Origin: an uncultured Methanomicrobiales archaeon
Lineage (GTDB): Archaea > Halobacteriota > Methanomicrobia > Methanomicrobiales > JACTUA01
Direction of reading: 5' to 3'
DNA: 64,000 nt
NCBI GenBank assembly: GCA_963712215.1
Contig: CAVQHA010000011.1
Span: 5,024 to 69,023, forward strand
The notes below the pieces were generated by a model. That model had not been told where the DNA came from. It did no database searches and was given only the letters and a program-made list of their open reading frames with translations. The position numbers and the translations under genes were made by a program. Below, one piece after another: positions 20,694 to 29,168 of the stretch (its first letter is position 1; every line of letters starts with the position of its first letter).

Positions 20694-21010
20694 TTTCATT
20701 ATTTTTCTCGATATCGCCCCTTCGGGGCGCTATATTCAAGAAATAGGGCTTACGCCCTATTTCTCTCAACTCCCCCTCTATGCGGGGTCGTCTTCAAGAT
20801 GTAGAGCGATTGATATCGCTCTCCTTTTTTCAATGCCGCCCTGATGGGCTCATATTCAAGAAGTGAGGCTCCGCCTTACTTCTTTCAACCCCTCCCTCTG
20901 CGAGATGTCGTCTTCAAGAAACAGGGCTGACATCCAGCTTTTCTTAATTCCGCCTCAGCCAGGGTGTCATCTTCAAAAAACAAAGCAAATTTATTGCTCT
21001 CCTTTTTTCA
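20678..21010. repeat. Tandem array of about 6 hairpin modules (period about 58-60 nt, super-period about 119 nt) between convergent fdhB and clc
   Basis: Every module starts YRTMTTCAARA and carries a stem: 20686-94/20698-706, 20739-49/20754-64, 20803-10/20815-22, 20859-69/20873-83, and others. The first module is the fdhB stop region. The last is the clc stop region. Confidence 0.85.
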
Positions 21011-22776
21011 CGGCATGTTTCATGTAACCCTTCATGATATCTGTTCGGGTCAGGAACCCCGCGAGAGAACCCGGGTTATCCGGATCCACGACCGGGAGGT
21101 GATGGATGTCGTGCTGCATCATGAGTTCGAGGGCTTCCTCCAAACTATACTCCCGGGGTGATCGTGATCAAATTCACGGCCATCACTTTACCGACCGGTA
21201 TCGTGAGAGTCTCTTCTGCCTGGCTGGAGCGGAAATACCCTATGGTGATCATGCCGACCAGCTGGCCCCCATCGAGGACCGGGAATCCCGTATGAGAGGT
21301 CTCGCTGATCTTCGCAAGTACGAGCGAGGCCGGATCCCCGGGCGAGACCGTTACGAGGGCATTTTTCGGCGTCATCACATCGGCAACCCTGATCCGGGTC
21401 AGGATCTCCCTGTGGTATTCACCGCGATGGACATTCGACTGGGCCCGGTTCATGACCTGCGCACGGTAGATGGTCTCGTCACCGATGAGGAGAACTGCAA
21501 CGGCGACCGCCCCCATGGCGGGAACCAGGACGGAGAAGTTCCCTGTCATCTCGATGACCATGACCATCACCGCCAGGGGGGCTCGTGAAACGGCCCCGAA
21601 GGTCGCGATCATGCCGATCACAACGAAGATCGGGATGGAATTCACCCCCACGATATCGGGAAGGAGGAGGTGGAGGATCATCCCGATCGCTCCGCCGAAG
21701 GACCCCCCGATAAGCAGGCCGGGGGCAAAGACCCCCCCGCTGCCGCCGGAACCAATGGTCAGGGACGTCGTCGCGATCTTCAGGAAGGGGAGGAGGAGGA
21801 GGATCCCGAGGGGGAGCAGCGTGTAGAGGCCGAGCTGGATGAAACCATACCCCGATCCGACACTCCCAAGAGCCAGGAGTTCTCCCGATGGGACGAAGGT
21901 AGCGACGGCGAGGATCAGGACCCCCATGGAGGCTGCACCAATAAATGGCTTGAGATGGGGGGGTAATCCCAGCCTTATGATTATTCTTTTAAAGAACGTT
22001 TCTGAACCGTAGAAAGTTCTGATATACAGGCGACCGAGAAACGCGCACATGCCCCCAAGGAGGAGGAAGAGAGGGATCTGGACAACGGTCCAGATGATCA
22101 CGGTGTTCGCGAAGATCGGGCTGAACCCCTGGAAGGTGCCGAAGATGGCGTAGGCGATGATGGATGCAAGGAACGAAGGAATGACCGCCTCGACCTCGAA
22201 GTCGTTCTTATAGAGCACCTCAGCCGAAAGGATGGCTCCGCCGAGAGGCGCCTTGAAGATGGACCCGATCCCGGCCCCGATACCGGCGGCGAGGGCGATC
22301 CTCCGTTCATGGTCCGAGAGCCCGAGGAACTCGGCCACCATCGACCCGATCCCCGCCGATATCTGCGCTGCAGGCCCCTCTCTCCCTGCGCTCCCGCCCG
22401 ATGCGATGGTGATGATCGCCGTGATCGCTTTCAGGAACGGGATCCTCTTCCTGATCCGCCCCTCACCATGAAACGCCCTGATGGCGGCATCAGTCCCGTG
22501 TCCCTCAGCTTCGGGGGCAAGGCTGTAAATGATAAGGCCGGAGAGAAGCCCGCCCAGACAGAGGATTACCAGAAGGGGCCAAAGGGATGCCGGTGGCACC
22601 CAACCGATTATCTGGCCGACGGTTCGGCCCTCGACCGGCATATGATACCCGGTGAAGGTGGAGACAACCGAGATCGAGACCTGGAGGCCGGTGTAAAATA
22701 AGAGGGATCCTGTACCGGATATCACTCCGACAATGAGCGCGATGAGGACGATCCGGTGGAATGAGATCTCGGGCAT
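20991..22776 (-). CDS. ClC-type voltage-gated chloride channel/antiporter with C-terminal CBS pair; frame change near 21150
   Basis: GGSAGREGPAAQI, KAPLGGAIL, GSGGVFAPGLLIGG selectivity-filter motifs. The CBS domains continue past the ORF-track stop as SLEEALELMMQHDIHHLPVVD...IMKGYMKHAVKKGEQ, to TAA at 20991. Confidence 0.85.
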
Positions 22777-23041
22777 TCCTCGTCCAGGTCCAGGTTTTCT
22801 TCCTCTCGCGGTTCCAGCCCCCTCCCGCTCTCCTCTACAACCTTTCGGGGAGGGAGGAGGGGGGCTTCCGGGTCATAGTGCCCGGGAAGGATCCACGGGC
22901 CGGGCATCCGGAATCTGAGTGATATACGTGAGATGAAGTGTTTTAAAATACTATTCACGGTCACCGGTGGAGAACGAATCTCCGGACCGGTGACCTTCGT
23001 ACCGGTTCCTGTATTCCCCTTCCAGGAGGATGGGAGAGTAT

Positions 23042-23473
23042 TCAGACGTAGGTATCCAGGACCACCTGCGAGGTCCCGTCAGTGAAGACCGCTACGACAA
23101 TCACATGGTCATTGTCGGGACTGGCACCGTTGAGTTTGGTGGTATTCCCGACGATGGGCTGGTAAAGGTCTCCATTCCCCGGCCAGAGGGCCGCGGTCCC
23201 GAGAACACATCCCGGTGGGCTGGCCGGATCATTGCAGTCGACGGTGACATTATACCCGACAACATAGGAGTTGTCCTGGCCGCCCTGCCAGGTGATATAG
23301 TAGTAGTTGCCCTGCTGTTTCGCGGTGGCCGCCACCGTCTTCGTCTTCTGGACGCTGCCGGCCATGCCGAACACGAACGCGGCTATGACCGCCGCGAGGA
23401 TCACGGTGATGGCGACCATGAGGATCACACCTATCACCGGTGATACCGCATCTTCCCTGATACCAGGCTTCAT
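23042..23473 (-). CDS. Archaeal type IV pilin-like protein (DUF1628 class III signal peptide)
   Basis: MKPGIREDAVSPVIGVILMVAITVILAAVIAAFVFGM is a prepilin-type N-terminus. Also ITWQGGQDN and C-terminal FTDGTSQVVLDTYV, shared with its paralogues. Confidence 0.75.
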   Translation of the reverse strand: MKPGIREDAVSPVIGVILMVAITVILAAVIAAFVFGMAGSVQKTKTVAATAKQQGNYYYITWQGGQDNSYVVGYNVTVDCNDPASPPGCVLGTAALWPGNGDLYQPIVGNTTKLNGASPDNDHVIVVAVFTDGTSQVVLDTYV

Positions 23474-23514
23474 GACGTTTACATCCTGAAACAATACGAC
23501 ATCGAGCAGTTCGC

Positions 23515-23904
23515 TCAGACGTAGGTATCCAGGACGACCTGGGTGGTCCCATCGGTGAAGACTGCGGTGACCACGACGTGGTCATTTCCAGAGGTTCCCT
23601 GGCTGACCTGCTTGGTGGAGTTCCCGACAATGGGTGGGAAGCCGGTCGCGGTGCCCGGAAAAGTCGGGCCATCCTTCAAAGTAATGTTATAGAACGATAC
23701 GTACGAGTTATCCTGGCCGCCCTGCCAGGTGACGACGATATCATTACCGGTCTGCCGTGCGGTGGCTGCAACCGTTTTCGTCTTCGATATCGAGCCGGCC
23801 ATGCCGAACACGAACGCGGCTATGACCGCCGCGAGGATCACGGTGATGGCGACCATCAGGATAACGCCAATAACAGGAGATACTGCATCTTCTCTCATCT
23901 TCAT
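23515..23904 (-). CDS. Archaeal type IV pilin-like protein (paralogue)
   Basis: MKMREDAVSPVIGVILMVAITVILAAVIAAFVFGMAGS, identical over the TM core to 23042..23473. Also VTWQGGQDN...FTDGTTQVVLDTYV. Confidence 0.75.
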   Translation of the reverse strand: MKMREDAVSPVIGVILMVAITVILAAVIAAFVFGMAGSISKTKTVAATARQTGNDIVVTWQGGQDNSYVSFYNITLKDGPTFPGTATGFPPIVGNSTKQVSQGTSGNDHVVVTAVFTDGTTQVVLDTYV

Positions 23905-23978
23905 GGTTCACCTGAGCCGGGGGGGCAGATCCGTGATCCGCAGTGACCCCGCCGGGTATGGATCAAGGTTTTGGTGGA

Positions 23979-24010
23979 TTTATGATAAGAATATGCCATG
24001 CGTTAATGCC
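23979..24010 (-). promoter_or_regulatory. Candidate promoter of the pilin pair 23904/23473 (GGCATATTCTT + TATA-like)
   Basis: The minus strand reads GGCATTAACGCATGGCATATTCTTATCATAAATCC, about 80 nt upstream of ATG 23904. Near-identical architecture at 26180..26210 and 48951..48978. Confidence 0.5.
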
Positions 24011-24119
24011 ATGCATTGGGAATATAGCCCGGATAGTTAAAAAAGAAATGATAAAATGTTATCCGGTTGAGATATCTTTAAATATAAGATGTTAAATCCT
24101 GAAATCAGGATCCCGTCTT

Positions 24120-25613
24120 TCAGCATTTCCACCACTCCTCCTCGCTCCCCGTCGAGATAAAACCGGAGGGGTTGTTCTGGTTCGCATACTCCGTCTGTAC
24201 CCACGGGGCGGACCGGATGGTCTTTGACGCACGGATCTCGTCGATAATCCCGCTGAAGGTCCTGCTCGTGGCATAGTTCCCGAGGCGGAGGCTGTTGGCG
24301 GCATCTGACTGGACCGCACCGGCGGGGGCCTGGACCTTCGTGATGCTCTGGGACACACCGTTGATATAGACAGTCGGGTTGTTCGCGATATTCCCCTGGT
24401 TGTACGTGACCACGACATAGTTCCATGCATTCAGGGCGATGGAGCTCGTGGGGGTACTCCAGTAGCCTCTCGTACCCCCGAACCCCTTCCTGAACATGAG
24501 GACATTGTTCGTGTACGTGGCAAAGCTCCACCCCGTCTGGCCCGTTGTGCCCGACATCTTGGAGCCGATCATGCCCTCGCTGTTCTCCCCGATGCCAGTG
24601 GGATAGATCCACGCAGAGAACGTGCCGCCGGCCCCGAAGACATCATCGATGGACGCTGCCGATCCCACGTCAACGTAGCTGTTCGCCCCGTTGTACTGCT
24701 GGGCGTTCCCTATCCTCCCCGCCACGTTGACCGACCCGCTGTTCGTCCCGTCGTTGTTACCCGATGTGGAGTCCAGGAGGTCAGCGGTATGGTGCCAGAC
24801 TGCATTGTAGTTCGCGGTCCAGACATCGGCGATATCCTGCTGGTCATCGGAACCCACGTTCCCGTAGTACATCCAGATGACCGTGTCCGCGGACGGGGAG
24901 AGGGTGGGCACTTTCACCCATGCGACGAGCGTGCCTGTCGCTTTCGTGAAAGACTCGATCTCATGGGGGAGCTTCGTCGTCCCGTCGGCCGCGGTGAAGA
25001 CGATACCTTTGCCGTCTGCCCGCGCCGAGGCGGCGAGGTCCGGGTCCGCGTCGAGGCTGATGAGGACGGGGAAGTCCGACAGGGAGCCGGCGACCTTCGT
25101 CCGATCGATGGTGATGCTCTTCCGGTACGCCCAGTCGCACCGCCCGGTGGCACCGAAATTGAACCAGTCTGTACCCGACGGCTCAGGGATCGTTTTCACG
25201 CCCTCGAGGTTCTTTGAGAGGAGGAGGACGGAACCTCCGCCGGACTGGTTGAGGACGAGGGCGACAAAGCCGGGGACGGAAGGGACCGTTGCATACAGGG
25301 TCTCTCCTATCGACCAGGGGTAATCGCCGTTGTTCGTGAAAAGGGAGGTCCGGTCCAGGCCATCCACATAGATCTGGAACTCGCCCGCTGCGAGGGCGTC
25401 CCCGCCACGGTGCTCGATGTAGATGTTCCTGCTCTGGTTCGTGATGATTGCCTGGAAGGCAGGGATCTTCACGGGGGGTGGCTGGGAAAGGAGGAGCGTG
25501 CCGATGACGGCCATGCCGATGACAACGACGCTCACCAGGATCAGGCTCCCGATGACTTCGGAGACCGCAGAGATGTCCGATTGTTCCCCTACCTGCCGGA
25601 TCTTCCGTGACAT
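24120..25613 (-). CDS. Large pilin-like surface protein: class III signal/DUF1628 N-domain + DUF2341 + LamG (concanavalin-like lectin) domain
   Basis: MSRKIRQVGEQSDISAVSEVIGSLILVSVVVIGMAVIG, then IYIEHRGGDAL. WAYRKSITIDRTKV...FPVLISL...IWMYYGN is DUF2341-like. C-terminal ...LDSTSGNNDGT...FSAWIYP...LRLGN...FSGIIDEIRAS is the LamG_3 pattern. Confidence 0.75.
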   Translation of the reverse strand: MSRKIRQVGEQSDISAVSEVIGSLILVSVVVIGMAVIGTLLLSQPPPVKIPAFQAIITNQSRNIYIEHRGGDALAAGEFQIYVDGLDRTSLFTNNGDYPWSIGETLYATVPSVPGFVALVLNQSGGGSVLLLSKNLEGVKTIPEPSGTDWFNFGATGRCDWAYRKSITIDRTKVAGSLSDFPVLISLDADPDLAASARADGKGIVFTAADGTTKLPHEIESFTKATGTLVAWVKVPTLSPSADTVIWMYYGNVGSDDQQDIADVWTANYNAVWHHTADLLDSTSGNNDGTNSGSVNVAGRIGNAQQYNGANSYVDVGSAASIDDVFGAGGTFSAWIYPTGIGENSEGMIGSKMSGTTGQTGWSFATYTNNVLMFRKGFGGTRGYWSTPTSSIALNAWNYVVVTYNQGNIANNPTVYINGVSQSITKVQAPAGAVQSDAANSLRLGNYATSRTFSGIIDEIRASKTIRSAPWVQTEYANQNNPSGFISTGSEEEWWKC

Positions 25614-25718
25614 GTTCACAATACCCTGTCTTCTGTTCCTCTCCTGATTCGTGAAATCACGCATCCCGGCGCCCCGCCAGGGCCGGTTCCCCACCCGGGT
25701 TTCAGAAGGCAGAAATGG

Positions 25719-26094
25719 TTAGATGTAGGTGTCCAGAACCACCTGTGCGGCCCCGTCCGTGAAGAGCACACTCACCACGACATGGTCGAGCGCCGATGTC
25801 CCCATCGCCGGGAAGATGGACGTATTCCCAACCCTCGGCGGGAAATTTGGCCGGATATACTGGTCCTTCAGGGAGACATTGAAGTACCGATACATAGTTG
25901 TTGTCCATGCCCCCGTGCCAGGTGACCGTGATATCATTCCCGACCTGCCTCGCCGTTGCAGCCACTGATTTCCCCTTCGCAACGCTCCCCGCCATGCCAA
26001 AGACAAAGGCGGCGATGACCGCAGCGAGGATCACCGTGACCGCTACCATGAGGATGACGCCGATGACTGGCGATACTGCTTCTTCTTTTCTCAT
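25719..26094 (-). CDS. Archaeal type IV pilin-like protein (third paralogue); frame change near 25895
   Basis: MRKEEAVSPVIGVILMVAVTVILAAVIAAFVFGMAGS...VTWHGGMDNNYV, then in ORF 25719..26006 ...YFNVSLKD...VLFTDGAAQVVLDTYI. Confidence 0.7.
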
Positions 26095-26179
26095 GACTGA
26101 TCCCGTGGTTTGCGTACTATCCCATCCACATCTGGTTCGAGCCCCCAATGGGGGCGCTCAAATCAATATCCTGTGTCGT

Positions 26180-26210
26180 GAATATTAAGGATATGCCGTG
26201 CATTGAATCC
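26180..26210 (-). promoter_or_regulatory. Candidate promoter of pilin-LamG operon (GGCATATCCTT + TATA-like)
   Basis: The minus strand reads GGATTCAATGCACGGCATATCCTTAATATTCACG, about 90 nt upstream of ATG 26094, inside a local AT-rich island. Confidence 0.5.
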
Positions 26211-26462
26211 TTCATGGCCTATTAATTGAACCTCAATTATCGTGAAAACATCTGAAAACAGGAATACCTTCTTCGGTAATTCTATATATAACTCATAACA
26301 TTTGATCTTCTCCCCCACCAGGTAGCATCCCGGGCGCGCACCGGGAACAGGTTCGTCCACACGACTCGCAGGACCCTCTACCCGTTGACGGGCCCCGGGA
26401 CCGTCAACCTCCGGTGGGACGATTACAGGTGTGACCAGGGCGTGGACGTCCCTCCGTCGATC

Positions 26463-27476
26463 TCATCCCGGGATCTGCTTCTCGAGTTCTGCTATCCTCT
26501 CCCGGAGGGCAGCTTCCACGTTCTTCCGGTCGGTGATATCGAAGATGGTGCTTACCGTCCCCCCGAGGGATCCGTCGGGGTTCAGGAAGGGGGCCTTGAA
26601 GACGATGGACTGGCGCGAGGTCCCGTCCCCATAGATGAACGTGGACTCGGTTGCCTGCATGTGCCCCGTCACCAGGGCCTTTGAATCCAGGGCAACATAC
26701 TGGTCTGCGAGATCCCGGGGCAGGACCTCGGGCGCGATCCTGTCCAGGATCTCGTGCCGGGGCCGCCGGGTATACTCCTCGAAGGCACGGTTGCATATGC
26801 GATAATGACCGGTCGTATCCTTGTAAAAGACGGGGGTCGGGACACTGTCGATGAGTTCCTGGAGGAAGTGGAGCTGCTCCTTCACGCTCTCCTCCGCCTT
26901 CTTCCGCTGGGTGATATCCTCGACGATGATCGTTATCCCCCGCGAACCATCCTCGAAGATGGTGGATACGAGGGATATGGTGAAATAAAGGGTACCGGTA
27001 CCCTCGTGGATCATGACCTCTTTCTGGAACTCCTGTTCGCCGGATGGCCCTTCGAGGCGGGAGCGGATCTCGGGGTCAGAGAAGATCTTGAGGGGCATCT
27101 CGTCCGGGTCCTTCCCGATGATCCCCGACCGATCTTTCTCTTCGAAGGCGAGAAGATTATCGTTTGCATACCAGATCTTTGACTGTTCGTCAAGGATCAG
27201 GATCATGTCAGACGAGAGGTTGAGCATAGCAGAGACGGGGACACGCTGGGAGAGGGTGTAGAGCTTCGCCCTGCCGATCGGTTGCTTCTCGATATGGCCC
27301 GAGGTGACGAGGATCTCGAGGTACTTGGCGACCGAGTTCCTGTTCAGGTGCAGTGACAGGGAGATGTCGGTGATCGTCATCCCCCGGGGACGGGCCCTGA
27401 GGAGATTCGTGATCTGTACTGCTATTCTCTCGTACCCCTTCATGGTAATCGCTTCGAGAATCTGTCTCCAAGCCAT
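26463..27476 (-). CDS. Transcriptional regulator: N-terminal winged HTH plus two PAS domains
   Basis: ITNLLRARPRGMTITDISLSLHLNRNSVAKYLEILVTSGHIEKQPIGRAKLY is the wHTH. Two PAS-like blocks end ...GITIIVEDITQRKKAEE and ...GTVSTIFDITDRKNVEAAL. Divergent from fdhC. Confidence 0.75.
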   Translation of the reverse strand: MAWRQILEAITMKGYERIAVQITNLLRARPRGMTITDISLSLHLNRNSVAKYLEILVTSGHIEKQPIGRAKLYTLSQRVPVSAMLNLSSDMILILDEQSKIWYANDNLLAFEEKDRSGIIGKDPDEMPLKIFSDPEIRSRLEGPSGEQEFQKEVMIHEGTGTLYFTISLVSTIFEDGSRGITIIVEDITQRKKAEESVKEQLHFLQELIDSVPTPVFYKDTTGHYRICNRAFEEYTRRPRHEILDRIAPEVLPRDLADQYVALDSKALVTGHMQATESTFIYGDGTSRQSIVFKAPFLNPDGSLGGTVSTIFDITDRKNVEAALRERIAELEKQIPG

Positions 27477-27728
27477 CCTCTGTCGCGATGATGCATAAAT
27501 GAATAGGCCATGGAACCCGGAAAAAAGCTGATATCCTTAACTTTGATGGAGTATTCATGCCTGATGATCTCCGGTTCGCGGCTGGAGAAAGCATATAATT
27601 CCTAAAATCTCGATTATAAGAACAATTGGAAAGGTTTAATTAGATTTTAACAGATTGCTACATTGCACCTATACACAAATGGTCTCATGTTGCTGGTATA
27701 GGTCAGATGAACGTGAGGTGACTGAACT

Positions 27729-28622
27729 ATGGTTTTCCATCCCCCAGTACAAATCGTCGCCAAGGCAGGTGACGCCGGCAAATACAAGACCGGGCTGCCT
27801 GCCTGGAACATGGTCCTTCGTGGCTTCATGGCCGGCGCGTACATCGCCATGGGCGGTGCGCTCGCAACGGTCTGCAGCACAGGCATATCCTATTCGGCAG
27901 CGCAAATTACCGCAGGAGCCGTTCCAGGTGGTTTCGCATCAGCAGGTATGACCCAGCTCATCCTGGGTGCGACTTTCCCTGTTGGGCTCATCATCATCGT
28001 GCTCACAGGTGCAGAACTCTTCACCGGTGACGCGATGCTCGCCCCGATGGCTGCCTTCATCCACAAGATCAGCTGGGCGAATGTCATCAACCTCTGGATC
28101 TGGGTCTACATCGGAAACCTGATCGGATCCGTCTGGTATGCATACCTGATGGCATACGGCCCCTTCAGCAGCTGGAACGCCGCGGGAGCCGCGACGGTGA
28201 CTGCCTTCGGGTCCCGGGCCATCGCGATCGCAGCTGCGAAGACTGCGTATGTCGGGACAGCGGGCATGTGGTCCGCATTCCTCAAGGCAATCGGCTGCAA
28301 CTGGCTCGTGAACCTGGCAATCCTCCTCGGGATATGCGCTGACGACCTGATCGGCAAGTTCTTCGGGATCTGGTTCCCGATCATGGCCTTCGTCTCCTCG
28401 GGGTTCGAACACTCGGTGGCGAACATGTACTTCATTCCCGCCGGTATCTTCACCCAGGGATTCGTCACCGACCCGGCAGCGATCGTTGCTTCGGTCAACT
28501 GGGTCTCGATGTGGACGAGCAACCTCATCATCGTTACCATCGGGAACATCGTCGGGGCATTGTTCTTTGTCGGTGTCCTCTACTGGGTCGCCTTCAAGAA
28601 GGAGATCGCAGCCCTCAAGTAA
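27729..28622 (+). CDS. fdhC: Formate/nitrite transporter family protein (FdhC/FocA-like)
   Basis: 297 aa, 6 TM. AGAELFTGD and FEHSVANMYFIP are the FNT signature loops. Confidence 0.85.
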   Translation: MVFHPPVQIVAKAGDAGKYKTGLPAWNMVLRGFMAGAYIAMGGALATVCSTGISYSAAQITAGAVPGGFASAGMTQLILGATFPVGLIIIVLTGAELFTGDAMLAPMAAFIHKISWANVINLWIWVYIGNLIGSVWYAYLMAYGPFSSWNAAGAATVTAFGSRAIAIAAAKTAYVGTAGMWSAFLKAIGCNWLVNLAILLGICADDLIGKFFGIWFPIMAFVSSGFEHSVANMYFIPAGIFTQGFVTDPAAIVASVNWVSMWTSNLIIVTIGNIVGALFFVGVLYWVAFKKEIAALK

Positions 28623-28630
28623 GACTGCCG

Positions 28631-29152
28631 ATGAAGTTCCGAAATATGGAGCTGAGGATCGCCCCGATCCAGATCGGGGTCCTCCTCTTCTTTGCATTTT
28701 TTCTCATCCTGGCATTTTCCATGAGCGGGAGCATTATCCTCCTCGCCTACGGGATTCCCATGATCATCTTCCTCGCCGTTATCCCCGTCATTCTCAGGCA
28801 CATGAGCCAGAGCCAGTACGAGGCCCTGCTCCCGACGTTCGAGAGCGAGGCCCAGCGTGTACGGGTCAAGGCGATCAACATGAACATGATCGGGAAACCC
28901 GTCCGGATCGAGGGGATAGTAGAGCGTGTCTCCTTCGACTTCCTGGACCGGCCCCAGTACCTGGTCGCCGACCAATCCGGGGAGATCTCGGTGAAGATGT
29001 TCACCGCGCCCCGGGAGAAGATCCGGAAGAATGATATCGTGGAGGTACTCGGGACCGTCATGAAGCGGTATCTCCTTGTCGGTGAAGACCCGGTGATCAA
29101 CTGCGTCTCGATCAGAAAGGTCGAGGGCGAGAAACCCGATAAAAAGTCCTGA
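28631..29152 (+). CDS. Membrane-anchored OB-fold protein
   Basis: Two N-terminal TM helices, then GKPVRIEGIVERVSF...ADQSGEISVKMF...NDIVEVLGTV, an OB (tRNA-anticodon-type) barrel pattern. Starts 9 nt after the fdhC stop. Confidence 0.55.
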   Translation: MKFRNMELRIAPIQIGVLLFFAFFLILAFSMSGSIILLAYGIPMIIFLAVIPVILRHMSQSQYEALLPTFESEAQRVRVKAINMNMIGKPVRIEGIVERVSFDFLDRPQYLVADQSGEISVKMFTAPREKIRKNDIVEVLGTVMKRYLLVGEDPVINCVSIRKVEGEKPDKKS

Positions 29153-29168
29153 TGCACTTCTTTCTCCA

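Noticed and set aside
20700-20990. Possible CRISPR array (also considered for 60820-61120)
   Set aside because: The periods (58-60 and 74 nt) resemble CRISPR, but the conserved parts are short flanks or long 45-nt blocks. The variable parts are themselves related hairpins and not unique spacers. The end units are the coding ends of the flanking genes, and no cas genes or leader are present.
26163-26360. 65-aa ORF in the AT-rich island upstream of the pilin locus (and the similar 22722..22964 ORF upstream of clc)
   Set aside because: Low-GC promoter DNA with no RBS or family signal. The 26.2-kb ORF overlaps the conserved promoter element, and the 22.7-kb ORF overlaps the clc start.
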